64,000 bases of DNA from contig OY781964.1 of the NCBI GenBank assembly GCA_963677485.1, positions 3,744,001 through 3,808,000 of the forward strand. The letters are read 5' to 3'. Both the position numbers and the translations under genes were made by a program. The notes beneath the pieces are model-generated. The model made no database searches. It had not been told where the DNA came from and saw only the letters and a program-made list of their open reading frames with translations. The stretch's first letter is position 1; every line of letters begins with the position of its first letter. Positions 48,620-58,540 of this stretch are shown one piece after another. This DNA is from Armatimonadota bacterium. Lineage in GTDB: Bacteria > Armatimonadota > HRBIN16.

Positions 48620-50401
48620 TCAGTCGATTTTACGAAGCCTTTGCGAGAACAGTGTTGCGGGTTCGAAGCCGGTCAGCCGGAGATCACGCCGCTCATTCCC
48701 CGCTCTATCTATAAATACGATGGTGGGCACCCCTTTAATCCCATACCGTTGTTTCATCATCTGAGCCAGGGGGGTGTCCTCACGTGTAAGGTTGATCTTT
48801 AGGGTCGTCATGTGATTAAGTTGACGCTGCACCTCAGTGTCGCGGAATGTTTTTGCATCAAGCTCCTTACAGGGGATGCACCAGTCAGCGTAGAAATCCA
48901 GCACCACCGGGCGACGTTCTTCGTTGGCTTGCTGCTGAAGCTGTGCGCTGTATGGCGTCCAGACATGCTGGTCGGCAGGGGGAGTGCTTGGCTTCAACAT
49001 CCACATAGCCGCCAGCACTGCAGCTAATCCCAGTGTTCGCTTGAACAGGCTGAAGCCCTTGAGTTGGGCTGCGTGACGGTCTACCAGGTTAAGGTAGATG
49101 CCGCACAATGCGATCACCACTGGCAGGCTCCACTCCCATCCCTTAGGCAAAATCGGCTGCAGTAAGAACACGGCGGTACAGAGCAGCATCAACCCAAATA
49201 TACGCTCCAATGCGATCATCCAGTCGCCGCTGCGGGGCAGTGACTTGATCTTACTGCTGTAGGCACCCAGAATGAGGTATGGTGATCCCAACCCCAGCCC
49301 TAGCACGAAGAACAGGGTGAAGCCCAACAGGATGCTCCCTGAGGCACTGACAGCGGTGGCGAGTGCCACGACCACCGGCCCCACACACGGTGCGGCTGCA
49401 ATCCCTACCAGCATACCCATCGTCAGTGCGCCAATATGTCCGTTACGCAGTTTGCTCTTATTGCGCCAATTGGCGGGCATTTGAAGCTCGTATAGTCCAA
49501 ACATGCTCAAAGCCAACGCGATCAGCACCGCGGCAAACCCGCCCACCACCCACGGGTTCTGCAGTTGAAAGCCAAAGGTCTTGCCCAGCACCGCTGCGGC
49601 GGTACCCAGTGCGGAATACATCAACGCCATCCCCAGCACATACATGCCAGACAGCCCTAGCTGCTTTTTCGTGCTCTGCTCAGACTGTCGCGCGAAGAAG
49701 GCGATGGTGATAGGGATGATCGGGTAGACACAGGGTGTCAGGTTCAGCAGCAAGCCCAGCAGGAAGATCAACGGGATCGCGGTCGCAAGATGACCTGTTG
49801 AGAGTAGGCCTGACAACCGGTCAGTTGGTGTGGCCCCTGACTCAGTTGGCGCGGCTGCAGGCGATGCGGTCGCGGTCGCGGTCGCGGTCGATGTGTCTAT
49901 GTTGAAGTTCTGCGATGCTGGTGCGTAGCATGAGTGCTCATCACAGGCCTGGTAGTTCAGCTTGCCTTTGATGGTGGTGGGCTTGAATACCCCATTTGTG
50001 GCTAAAGGAACGACGATCATGGCAGTATCGGCATAGACCGCGATTTTTTTCCCGGAAGTGAATGCGAAAGTGACCATCTTTGGTTTCGGATATATGATCG
50101 AACCTGGTAGTAGTGCTTGGGCCGCGGTGATATCCACACTGGTAGGAATCAAATAAGATTCGGATGCCGGATTGGCGTTGATGTGGTATGGCTTTTTGAT
50201 CGCTACCTTCAACGTCAGCTCAAAATGGCCAGACGTCTTGTCGACAAAGGTCGGCGTCACTGTGATGGCATCAGCCGGTAATGCTTGGGCCAGCACCGGG
50301 GCAACGAATGACACAGCCAGTATGAAGATGCCGATCAGCCTGATAAGTCTCAAAATAGTTACCCTCCAACCATTAGACACAGACCAAGCTGGTTTGGTCA
50401 C
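48620..50401 (-). CDS. dsbD: Thiol:disulfide interchange protein DsbD
   Basis: N-domain YQACDEHSCY, TM domain LTPCVYP and AAPCVGP, C-terminal thioredoxin DFYADWCIPC. Confidence 0.93.
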   Translation of the reverse strand: MTKPAWSVSNGWRVTILRLIRLIGIFILAVSFVAPVLAQALPADAITVTPTFVDKTSGHFELTLKVAIKKPYHINANPASESYLIPTSVDITAAQALLPGSIIYPKPKMVTFAFTSGKKIAVYADTAMIVVPLATNGVFKPTTIKGKLNYQACDEHSCYAPASQNFNIDTSTATATATASPAAAPTESGATPTDRLSGLLSTGHLATAIPLIFLLGLLLNLTPCVYPIIPITIAFFARQSEQSTKKQLGLSGMYVLGMALMYSALGTAAAVLGKTFGFQLQNPWVVGGFAAVLIALALSMFGLYELQMPANWRNKSKLRNGHIGALTMGMLVGIAAAPCVGPVVVALATAVSASGSILLGFTLFFVLGLGLGSPYLILGAYSSKIKSLPRSGDWMIALERIFGLMLLCTAVFLLQPILPKGWEWSLPVVIALCGIYLNLVDRHAAQLKGFSLFKRTLGLAAVLAAMWMLKPSTPPADQHVWTPYSAQLQQQANEERRPVVLDFYADWCIPCKELDAKTFRDTEVQRQLNHMTTLKINLTREDTPLAQMMKQRYGIKGVPTIVFIDRAGNERRDLRLTGFEPATLFSQRLRKID

Positions 50402-50475
50402 ATACTGTCCACACCAAAATCATCGCGACATAAGGTACTGTTGAGACAGGAACTACTACCTCAGGAGAGAAATCG

Positions 50476-51354
50476 ATGAGTGTCACGCCTTTCCAATGCT
50501 CCAATGACATCATATCTGACACCGATGCTCTGACTCAACGTATGGCCATTCAAGGATATCTGTTTTTCCAAAAAATCGTCCCACCGGGTGTCGTTTCAGA
50601 GGCCTACCACCAAACGATGGATATCTTGCGTGATCTGGGTTGGGCAGACGAACATGGCCATATCATCACCGAGCCTTACCCCGAGGGCAAGCCGGAGTAT
50701 TTCCTGGCGTATGACCGGATACAGATGCTGGAGAGCTTTCATACCATGGCGCATCACCCGATTGTGCTTGATGTGGTCAGAAAGGTGGTGGGCGGTGACG
50801 TGCTGGTGCATCCGCGCAATATCGCGAGGGTCACACCACCTTACTGCCCGGAATACACCACCCCACCACACCAGGACTGGCCCCTGATTCAAGGCACCAA
50901 GCAGTTCTACACCGGATGGATTCCGTTGTGTGACTGTCCGGTAAGTTTGGGTGGTCTGGCTGTGCTGGAGGGCTCCCATACTTACGGCCTGCTGCCAGCC
51001 CGTCCGGCTCTGGGGCCAGGCGGTTTATCAGTGGCGTTGGAGCGTATACCCGAGGATCGGTGGCATCAACAAGATTTGCATGCCGGTGATATGCTGTTGT
51101 TCACCAGCTACACCATCCACAAAGGCATCCCAAATCACAGCGATGGCCAGTTCCGGGTATCTGTCGACTACCGTTACCAGAACTATGATTTGCCTGTGGT
51201 GGCCGATTCGCTGCTGCCACACTACGAGCGCACCAGTTGGGAGAAGATTTACGAGGGCTGGCACAACGACGATCTGAAATACTACTGGACGAAATTGAGC
51301 AAAGAGGTGCAGATCATAGACCGTGACCCTAGCCCAATTGAGATTCTGCAGTGA
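50476..51354 (+). CDS. Phytanoyl-CoA dioxygenase (PhyH) family Fe/2OG oxygenase
   Basis: TPPHQD, WIPL.D....GGL.V..GSH, AGD.L.F...TIH, R.S.D.RY. SD AGGAG. Confidence 0.9.
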   Translation: MSVTPFQCSNDIISDTDALTQRMAIQGYLFFQKIVPPGVVSEAYHQTMDILRDLGWADEHGHIITEPYPEGKPEYFLAYDRIQMLESFHTMAHHPIVLDVVRKVVGGDVLVHPRNIARVTPPYCPEYTTPPHQDWPLIQGTKQFYTGWIPLCDCPVSLGGLAVLEGSHTYGLLPARPALGPGGLSVALERIPEDRWHQQDLHAGDMLLFTSYTIHKGIPNHSDGQFRVSVDYRYQNYDLPVVADSLLPHYERTSWEKIYEGWHNDDLKYYWTKLSKEVQIIDRDPSPIEILQ

Positions 51355-51378
51355 AAGATTCGTTCCTTAGGCCCGGTT

Positions 51379-51459
51379 TGTCCTACTCGTCCTACTCATC
51401 CTACAAGTCATATGACACAAGTAAATAAGACATGTAGGATAAGTAGGACAAGTAGGACA
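51379..51459. repeat. Inverted pair of 9-bp tandem repeats, (GTCCTACTY)x3 ... (AAGTAGGAC)x3
   Basis: tgtcctactcgtcctactcatcctaca ... tgtaggataagtaggacaagtaggaca, between convergent genes. Confidence 0.75.
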
Positions 51460-51483
51460 GTAAACGCGAATTTGGCAGCAGCC

Positions 51484-52188
51484 CTACAACCCCGGGTGCA
51501 GGTTGCGCCAGACGACCATGATGTCCATCAAACCGCTGATGAGTGCGTGGGCGGCGAAGCCAGGAAGGAAACTTTTGCCCCGGATAGCGATTAGGCCCAT
51601 GGCAATCCCGGCGACCAACGAGCCTGCCAACTCAGGCATCGGCTTGCCCCAGTGCATCCCCGCGAAGACCATTGCCTGCAGGATCACACCGGCATATCCG
51701 AAGGCCCGCCACGAGGCAAAGGTCAGCACCCCTCTGAAAAACAGCTCCCAACTGAACAGGTAGAGGCTGTATAACAGCAGATGATATCCCAGCGGCCACC
51801 CACCCGATGAGGCTGGCGCGTAGATGGGGTAGTATCCGCGGAAGTCGGGACGGGCACTGGCAAACCAGAGCACTGGCAACATACATAGGGTGAAGATGCC
51901 GTAGAATTTCCAACTCCATTGACTGCCTATCTGAAACCCGAACTCCCGCCCCCTCATACACAGTGGCAAGGCGATCAAAAGGGGGATCAACAGTATGGTG
52001 TGGCTGAACAGCAGAAACTGCTCATAGCGGCCTTCGCCATAGGGCAGCCGAGGCCACACGGGCAACCGGTTCTGGCTGTATAGAAAGAGCAGTCCCATCA
52101 ATGCCACACAGAGCAATGTCAACGTGATATCGGGCAAACGCTGCACGAGACTGCTCCGTTTAGAGCCCTGGTTATCTATGCTAAGCAT
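51484..52188 (-). CDS. CPBP (Abi/CAAX-like) intramembrane glutamic endopeptidase
   Basis: WELFFRG, FAGMH.GKP..E and AAH motifs. Start uncertain. Confidence 0.85.
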   Translation of the reverse strand: MLSIDNQGSKRSSLVQRLPDITLTLLCVALMGLLFLYSQNRLPVWPRLPYGEGRYEQFLLFSHTILLIPLLIALPLCMRGREFGFQIGSQWSWKFYGIFTLCMLPVLWFASARPDFRGYYPIYAPASSGGWPLGYHLLLYSLYLFSWELFFRGVLTFASWRAFGYAGVILQAMVFAGMHWGKPMPELAGSLVAGIAMGLIAIRGKSFLPGFAAHALISGLMDIMVVWRNLHPGL

Positions 52189-52211
52189 GTGATTTTTCGT
52201 ATCATGTAAAT

Positions 52212-52910
52212 ATGAACTTCTCTGAATATCCATTTAGAGCGGAGCCCATTGCCGCACTCGATCGTGTGAGATTGGTGGAGAATGGCGAGCCGCTGGTTGA
52301 TGTGGCAGATTACTGCCCTAACATTATCATACACGAGCATTGTGTCCCGCTGGTGCGGCTGACCGTGGCGAATATGCTCCAACAAGCCGATGCCGCACTG
52401 CCTGATGGCCTGCATCTATGGCTCAAAACCGGGTTGCGCAGCCTTGAACGGCAGCGCAGATCGTGGGAAGGGCACTATGCTGATCTGAAACGGCGGAACC
52501 CGCAGTGGCCAGAACATACCCTTAGGCGGCAGACGAATAAGTTCTTAGCACCTCTAGATCACCCGGCACCTCCAGGTCACAGCACCGGTGGAGCAGTCGA
52601 TGTGTTTCTGATGCGGCCAGGCCATGTGGCTGTCGATATGGGCTTTGATCTGCACAATCTGAAATCCATCGCCACCACCTATCCGCATCCGAATCCAGAA
52701 GTTCGCGAAGCCCGAGAGCTGATGTTTGACGTGATGACCGATGCCGGCTTCAGCAACTGCCGTGATGAGTTTTGGCACTACAGCTACGGTGATTCCGGTT
52801 GGGCCGTGAGGCACGGTTTGGCCGAATGCTGCTACGGGCTTACCGACTTGGCGGAGCTGCCCGACGCTGAACTATACGCCATGATAACCAACCGAAATAC
52901 GCACCCATAA
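52212..52910 (+). CDS. M15D D-Ala-D-Ala dipeptidase (VanX/DdpX-like)
   Basis: ENGEPLV, GLRS, PPGHSTGGAVD, EFWHYSYGD. Confidence 0.87.
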   Translation: MNFSEYPFRAEPIAALDRVRLVENGEPLVDVADYCPNIIIHEHCVPLVRLTVANMLQQADAALPDGLHLWLKTGLRSLERQRRSWEGHYADLKRRNPQWPEHTLRRQTNKFLAPLDHPAPPGHSTGGAVDVFLMRPGHVAVDMGFDLHNLKSIATTYPHPNPEVREARELMFDVMTDAGFSNCRDEFWHYSYGDSGWAVRHGLAECCYGLTDLAELPDAELYAMITNRNTHP

Positions 52911-53484
52911 GACCGCCCGCAAGCACATCGCTGGGGTAGTGTACCCCGCGGTAGATGCGTGAGAGCATCACGCCCAAAGCCAGTATCCAACTGCAGATGA
53001 CCAGGGTCTTGTTGGATCGTCCGAACAGCATCGTGATGGCCATGGCGATGGCGGCCGCGCTCCAGCTATGCCCTGATGGGAAGGAATGCGTCGTCAGATG
53101 CTCATCCGGTGCCACGAAGAAGGTGTCGGACAATGTGGATGGGCGCATCCGATGAAATATGTTTTTAGGGATTTGGACCAGCAGCCCTGAAGCCCACGCC
53201 CACAGCATCACATAGAGCCCGCGGTTGACATCAGCCATCGTAGTGCAGAGCGAACTCACGGCGGCTTGAGAGATGTCTGGCAGGACTCTGACGACTTTCT
53301 GTTGCCATAATGCACGCTCCCTCCAACCCAGCCATACCAGCAGGATCAGCACAATCTGGGTTTCGCCACGGCCGCACCAGCTTAGCAGCCAAGCTAAAGG
53401 CGTATATCCCCCAAAGGTACCCCAATGCCAGCCTGTATTGATGACATGAAACAGGTGTTCGTCGAGTTGTTGCAGTTTATCCAA
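52840..53484 (-). CDS. PAP2-family phosphatase (undecaprenyl-PP/lipid phosphatase-like)
   Basis: K..FHRMRP, SFPSGH, SRIYRGVHYPSDV. Confidence 0.92.
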   Translation of the reverse strand: MDKLQQLDEHLFHVINTGWHWGTFGGYTPLAWLLSWCGRGETQIVLILLVWLGWRERALWQQKVVRVLPDISQAAVSSLCTTMADVNRGLYVMLWAWASGLLVQIPKNIFHRMRPSTLSDTFFVAPDEHLTTHSFPSGHSWSAAAIAMAITMLFGRSNKTLVICSWILALGVMLSRIYRGVHYPSDVLAGGLMGAYFGWLSWRIVQRRAAPPSR

Positions 53485-54078
53485 TTATAAATCCTGAAGT
53501 TGCGTGAACGTGTTGAGTATGATGTCCCAGCGCATATTGGGCTGTTTACTCGGTTGAAGCACCACCAGCACAGGCTCATCGCCGCTGTGGCCAAATGATA
53601 GGCGTCTCAGACTGGCTTCCCATAAGTACCGATTGGGCGACGACCAGTGGCTGGTTCCGTCCGAAAACCAGTAAAGTGCTTCGCTCCTCTCACTCCCTCG
53701 CTTCAGACCCACCAACTTTGCCATGCCGTTTGATAGGGGGTAGTCCGCCTGTCGTTCTACCTGCCATCCTCCGCCTCTGAGGCAAAATAGAGGGTCGTGG
53801 ACGGCATGACGGTTATTTGATCCATCAATCACGATGGCGACCATCAATTTATTGTGTACGGAATAGATGCGCTTTACCAACTGCGCTTTCCCGTAGACTT
53901 CTCTTTCAGTCTGCGTGATCGGTAACTCACGGCTTGCGAAGCCCATACCGGCCTTGGGCAGGCCGTTCAACCGTGCTGAGGCATCTGGTAGTTTCTGGAA
54001 CCGCCACGCTGCTGCGAGTATGACCGCGATGATCAAAAGTGGCCACAGAAGCCGATCTATTGCTTTACGAGAGGGCAT
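53485..54078 (-). CDS. EpsI-like exosortase-associated protein
   Basis: N-terminal anchor, E.EV.G...LVKRIY, RHAVHDPLFCLRGGGW, ALYWF. Confidence 0.75.
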   Translation of the reverse strand: MPSRKAIDRLLWPLLIIAVILAAAWRFQKLPDASARLNGLPKAGMGFASRELPITQTEREVYGKAQLVKRIYSVHNKLMVAIVIDGSNNRHAVHDPLFCLRGGGWQVERQADYPLSNGMAKLVGLKRGSERSEALYWFSDGTSHWSSPNRYLWEASLRRLSFGHSGDEPVLVVLQPSKQPNMRWDIILNTFTQLQDL

Positions 54079-54553
54079 GTGTTTCGTCCTTTCGGAGGGA
54101 GAGTCTATAAATGATCGATATGCATATGATGGCGATGATCCAGCGAAAAAGTGTCACCTGGTTCAATTCCAGTAAGCCTTTGAGAATCTGGCTACAAGCT
54201 GGCAGCATGTAGATGGCGCCGAGAGCCCACACCACAGCCTGGCCAGTTTGTGGGAATAGCGCTGCGGCGAACATCACTAGTGAGATATGCCCCAATGCGT
54301 TGACATCCAGAAGCCAGGCGAGCAAAGACATTATCAAGCAGACTATCGCCAGCACCGCACTGACGGGCTTCGTTTTCTTCCGAAGCACTATGACCGCCAA
54401 CGTGGCTAACAGGGCGATCAGCGGGCCGCGTGTCGTGCGGTCGTATGGGGACCCGTTGTTACTGTAAATCGCCTCCCATAGTCCTAAGCCGCTCAGGAAA
54501 ATAAAGACACCGATGCACCAAATGGCCAATCGGGTGCTGAGGCGATCATCCAT
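54065..54553 (-). CDS. Multi-TM hypothetical protein in the exosortase operon
   Basis: About 5 hydrophobic helices. Overlaps both neighbours. SD GAGGA. Confidence 0.6.
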   Translation of the reverse strand: MDDRLSTRLAIWCIGVFIFLSGLGLWEAIYSNNGSPYDRTTRGPLIALLATLAVIVLRKKTKPVSAVLAIVCLIMSLLAWLLDVNALGHISLVMFAAALFPQTGQAVVWALGAIYMLPACSQILKGLLELNQVTLFRWIIAIICISIIYRLSLRKDETHALS

Positions 54554-55361
54554 GTGAGCGTTCCTCACCCCGCTTGATCAGCCGGAAGCAGCCCCAGCTT
54601 AGCAAGAATGTCAGGAATACCACCAGGAATCCGCCGTAGTTGTGGAACCATCCAGCCGCCGCTTCACGTCCGAACGCAAGCCCCACACCCACTAGAAATA
54701 TGATGCGCAGTGTGTTGGCTAACCAACTGAACAACAACAACAGCGGGATACTCCACCAGTATCGGACCGACTTGCCCAGCACCAGAAAGGCCGCGGCTGT
54801 GCCGCCAATCATCATCGTCTGCAGGGTATGCATACCGGCGCAACTAGCGTCAATGATCCACGGTTGTCCACCTACTACCATATGCACGCCCTGTCGGCTG
54901 ACATCTACAGCGATCATCTGAAAGAACCCGCTGGCTACCGCTGCGCCAGAGAGCTGGAACCACCATCCCACAGGCTGCTGCAGGTCGATCGATACCCAGG
55001 GGAATGACATCAACACCATGGGCAGAAGCCGCCACGCGGTCGCGAGGGAGTGACTCTCCAGGTGCATACACAGCCAGGCATAAAACAGCAGGCACCAACC
55101 AATGCTCATGCAGGTTACCATCCCGACCTCTAACCCGCTGCCCAGGGACATCAGCAACACCCCCGCCACGATCATCCACCGTCGTGGCGGAGCGGGAGAC
55201 TTGCTGAGTTGCCATGGCCAGCCCATCCATATGGCGAGGGATAGTCCTACCATGACGGGTAATACATCACCAGCCATGGAGAGCCAACTTCGGTCCACGA
55301 CCCAGATTAATGCGGCCAGTATGGTGAGGACGGTCAGGATTAGGGCATCGACTAGCTTCAT
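54546..55361 (-). CDS. Exosortase/archaeosortase family protein
   Basis: Multi-TM with G.V.RQG, catalytic Cys (ASCAGM), Arg (ANTLRI) and His (WFHNY). Confidence 0.85.
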   Translation of the reverse strand: MKLVDALILTVLTILAALIWVVDRSWLSMAGDVLPVMVGLSLAIWMGWPWQLSKSPAPPRRWMIVAGVLLMSLGSGLEVGMVTCMSIGWCLLFYAWLCMHLESHSLATAWRLLPMVLMSFPWVSIDLQQPVGWWFQLSGAAVASGFFQMIAVDVSRQGVHMVVGGQPWIIDASCAGMHTLQTMMIGGTAAAFLVLGKSVRYWWSIPLLLLFSWLANTLRIIFLVGVGLAFGREAAAGWFHNYGGFLVVFLTFLLSWGCFRLIKRGEERSHG

Positions 55362-57325
55362 CGCTTTCTGCGCGCCTCTTGTATGGCCTGAATGTTTTTG
55401 CGGAACTGCATCTCATCAGGAGCGGCCAGGATTAACTGGTTGGTAATCTGTTCGGCCCTGTCATATTGTTTGTTGTCATAGGCCAGTTTCGCTAGAAATA
55501 CCTTGGCTTCAATGGACTGAGATGCGATGGATGTGTATATCTTTTCGGCTTGCGTAATTTGTTTCCGAGCCAGGGCAGTTTTCGCTAGCACCTCTTTACC
55601 TGCTACACTTTGCAGAAGCTGCTGGTTTCTCAGCACGGTCTGCTCTGCGGCGGTAGTCTGGTGTGCTTCCAACTGGGCCAGGCTTAGCAGCCAGGCGGCT
55701 CGGTAGCCTATCGGCCCTGCCTTAGTCGAGTTTTTAGCCATGATCTTTATACCGGCGGGTACATCGCCCGTAGCCAGCAAGAGCTCTCCAATGAGCTGAG
55801 TAAGTTCCGGTGATTTGGGCTGTTTTTGCGCCCACTGTAAAGCGGCCTTATCCCCTTTGGTTTGCGCGATGGAATGGGTCATCGTATAGGCAGCCCAACT
55901 TGGGAAGCCAGTGGGGTAGACATCGGTGCGGTGCAAAATGTATGCTGCGTGACTCCACCCGCTGGCAGCTATAATCAGAGCAAAGACCTCGTTCGATTTG
56001 ACCAACATCTGGGTTTCTGGGGATGCTTTGGCCAACGGCTTACCCGCCAGTTTGTTGATACCCGCAATGAATGAATGGCTGGATGGCAAGCTACGTCCGG
56101 TGAACGTAGATGAACCGAACTGCCCGGTTTTCCGTGCGATGAGTACCGAATTGATGGCATTCAATGTCTCCGGCTGCCATGTACTAGACTTGAATGGCCA
56201 GTCTTTAATAAGCTCGATTGCCTCTGTATCATTGCCCTTAGCCAGCTCACTCAGAAGCCGCAGCCACGCGGTCTCTTGGCGCTCCTCAAGGTAGCGGCTA
56301 TATTCAGGAAGCTTACCGAAGGCCGCATCGTCCCAGAACACCTCTGGTTTCAGCGAGACCAGGTATTTCGCGAAGCTGTCGATCTCCCCTTCAGGGATAT
56401 CCCCAGTCGGAGCCTTCTCGGCTGATACGGCCACCTTACTCCAAAATGCCAGCTTTACCCACAGAAAATCTTGTGGACGTGTTTTAATGCCATTTGCCCA
56501 TGTTTGGACGGCCAGGGGGAAGCTGCCTTGTCGAATGTAGAACTCGGCAAGCTGATCAACCAACAGGGGGTTTTTCGGATCGGCCACAACCGCCGCTGCA
56601 TAGGATACGCGAGCGTCGCGTGTCTTACCAAGCCGCTCAAATATCTGTGCTCGGATGGTCAACACATCGGTATTCCGCGGGTCCAGTGCCGTGGCTTGCT
56701 GCACTGTTTGCCAGCTCTGCCATGGGTTGGTGGCCATCTGAAGCATGGCGATTCGCGTGAGGCGTGGTATGTCGGCCTTACCAGGGAAACTGCGACTCTT
56801 TAGCATATTCATAGCCTGGGGGCGATACCCTTTGCTTATCAAGTCGTCGACACGGATGCAGAACCAGCTTTCAGGTTGAGCCGAATGGCTCTCCCATATC
56901 TTTTGCAGGGAGGCCAACTGGGCTTGTGAACCCTGGATCATACTAAAAGCTCGAGCTACTAGAACACTAGCATCCTCGTTCGCCTCAATGACGGCCGGTT
57001 TCCGGTTATATATGTTGACTAGCCGGACGATATCGCGGTATTCCACCGCTGCACGCAGCTCCAATGCCAGCCACTTGGGGTCCAACTCTTTGCGGTTGTT
57101 GCTTGACTTACCACGTCTGCCAATCACGCGCAGAGCGATCTGGGGCTGGTTGGATTTCAGTGCTTGATCGGCTTCGTTATAAGCCTTCATATCGAGGGCT
57201 TTGGGGATAGCAAAACGGAGACCTACCACTACAACAACTAACAAAATGATGAAGGCTAGAACCTTTGGCCATATAGGCTTACGACGATTCTGATCCGGGT
57301 AACGTGCCATTGTTATTAACCTCAT
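55358..57325 (-). CDS. Membrane-anchored tetratricopeptide-repeat protein
   Basis: N-terminal TM helix and TPR patterns (ATALDPRN, AVVADPKN, LAEFY..G...A). ATGA overlap with the exosortase gene. Confidence 0.8.
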   Translation of the reverse strand: MRLITMARYPDQNRRKPIWPKVLAFIILLVVVVVGLRFAIPKALDMKAYNEADQALKSNQPQIALRVIGRRGKSSNNRKELDPKWLALELRAAVEYRDIVRLVNIYNRKPAVIEANEDASVLVARAFSMIQGSQAQLASLQKIWESHSAQPESWFCIRVDDLISKGYRPQAMNMLKSRSFPGKADIPRLTRIAMLQMATNPWQSWQTVQQATALDPRNTDVLTIRAQIFERLGKTRDARVSYAAAVVADPKNPLLVDQLAEFYIRQGSFPLAVQTWANGIKTRPQDFLWVKLAFWSKVAVSAEKAPTGDIPEGEIDSFAKYLVSLKPEVFWDDAAFGKLPEYSRYLEERQETAWLRLLSELAKGNDTEAIELIKDWPFKSSTWQPETLNAINSVLIARKTGQFGSSTFTGRSLPSSHSFIAGINKLAGKPLAKASPETQMLVKSNEVFALIIAASGWSHAAYILHRTDVYPTGFPSWAAYTMTHSIAQTKGDKAALQWAQKQPKSPELTQLIGELLLATGDVPAGIKIMAKNSTKAGPIGYRAAWLLSLAQLEAHQTTAAEQTVLRNQQLLQSVAGKEVLAKTALARKQITQAEKIYTSIASQSIEAKVFLAKLAYDNKQYDRAEQITNQLILAAPDEMQFRKNIQAIQEARRKR

Positions 57326-57454
57326 GTATTAAGAGCTTCACATAAAATATACTTCATAATGACACTCAAGTGTGTGAATTTGGCATATGGTATGATGAAT
57401 AAGATGAATAAAGACGAACTACGCTACGACACCTTTTAGGAGTGGTAAATATCC

Positions 57455-58438
57455 ATGTCAGAACTTCGGTGGCATCCTTATCTCCGCGAGTGGGTCATCA
57501 CAGCAACCCACCGACAAAACAGAACGTTTCTACCTCCTAAAGAGTATTGTCCCCTCTGTCCCACCAAGGACGGCGGATTGGCTACAGAGATACCATATAC
57601 GGATTACGATATCGTCGCGTTTGACAACAGGTTCCCCTCAATGCAGTCACCAGCACCGGGGCCTGCTGTAGAGGCGTTCCCTTTATGTCCAGTCAAGCCG
57701 GCTGATGGCGTGTGTGAAGTGGTATTGTATACCAGCCGTCACGACGGTGAGATGGCCGATATACCCGTGCTGCAGATAGCTAAGCTGATAGAGGTGTGGG
57801 CCGATCGGTATGAGGAGCTAGGCTCTCTCCCGCAAAGCGAATATGTGTTGATATTCGAAAATAAGGGTGCCGAAATAGGTGTGACGATTGACCACCCACA
57901 TGGCCAGATATATGCTTACCCATTCATACCGCCTGTGCTTGCGCGCGAGGTGGATTCGTCGGTGCAGTATTTCGCTGAGAAACAGGGCTGCATGTTCTGT
58001 GATGTCACCGCGAATGAGCTGAAAGACGGCACGCGTGTTGTGGCTGAGAATGAGCATGTCGCTGCTTATATCCCGTTCTTCGCACGATTCCCGTATGAGA
58101 CGCATGTCGTGATGAAACGGCATATCTCTTCATTACTTGAGGCCACACCTGAAGAGCGATGGTCCTTGGCTGAGATGCTGCGGCAGATCACTGGCGCGCT
58201 GCGTGCTTTATGGGACATGTCTGTTCCATATATCATGCTGATGCATCAGGCCCCCACCAAAGGGGAGCACAGTGCATCAAGCCACCTGTATGTGCAGTTC
58301 TTGCCATTCAAAAGAACACCCCAAAAGTTGAAATACCTGGCAGGAAGTGAACAAGCTGGTTCATTTATCAACGACACTCTTGCCGAAGAGAAGGCTGCTG
58401 AACTTCGGACTGCGGCGGCAATCGTCCAAATCATATAA
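57455..58438 (+). CDS. galT: Galactose-1-phosphate uridylyltransferase
   Basis: ELRWHP...EWV..A.HRQ.R, CPLCP, NRFP, FENKG..IG....HPHGQ, KY.AGSE. SD AGGAG. Confidence 0.95.
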   Translation: MSELRWHPYLREWVITATHRQNRTFLPPKEYCPLCPTKDGGLATEIPYTDYDIVAFDNRFPSMQSPAPGPAVEAFPLCPVKPADGVCEVVLYTSRHDGEMADIPVLQIAKLIEVWADRYEELGSLPQSEYVLIFENKGAEIGVTIDHPHGQIYAYPFIPPVLAREVDSSVQYFAEKQGCMFCDVTANELKDGTRVVAENEHVAAYIPFFARFPYETHVVMKRHISSLLEATPEERWSLAEMLRQITGALRALWDMSVPYIMLMHQAPTKGEHSASSHLYVQFLPFKRTPQKLKYLAGSEQAGSFINDTLAEEKAAELRTAAAIVQII

Positions 58439-58540
58439 GCGAGCGAACGCAGGGGTGAACACAAACACCCCTGATGACTTACAGAGGTGCCGGAGTGGAT
58501 CTGGTTATAAAGGGCCAGATGAGATACAGGTGGTATAGCA

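Noticed and set aside
49866-49889. (GCGGTC)x4 in dsbD as a phase-variation tract
   Set aside because: A 6-bp in-frame unit encoding a Thr-Ala linker; slippage would not shift the frame.
51379-51459. Possible CRISPR array (also considered for the 170-bp elements and 45411-45442)
   Set aside because: No direct repeats separated by unique spacers of about 30-40 bp, and no cas genes.
52212-52910. Vancomycin-resistance cluster
   Set aside because: Only an M15D peptidase is present; no vanH, vanA/B or vanRS.
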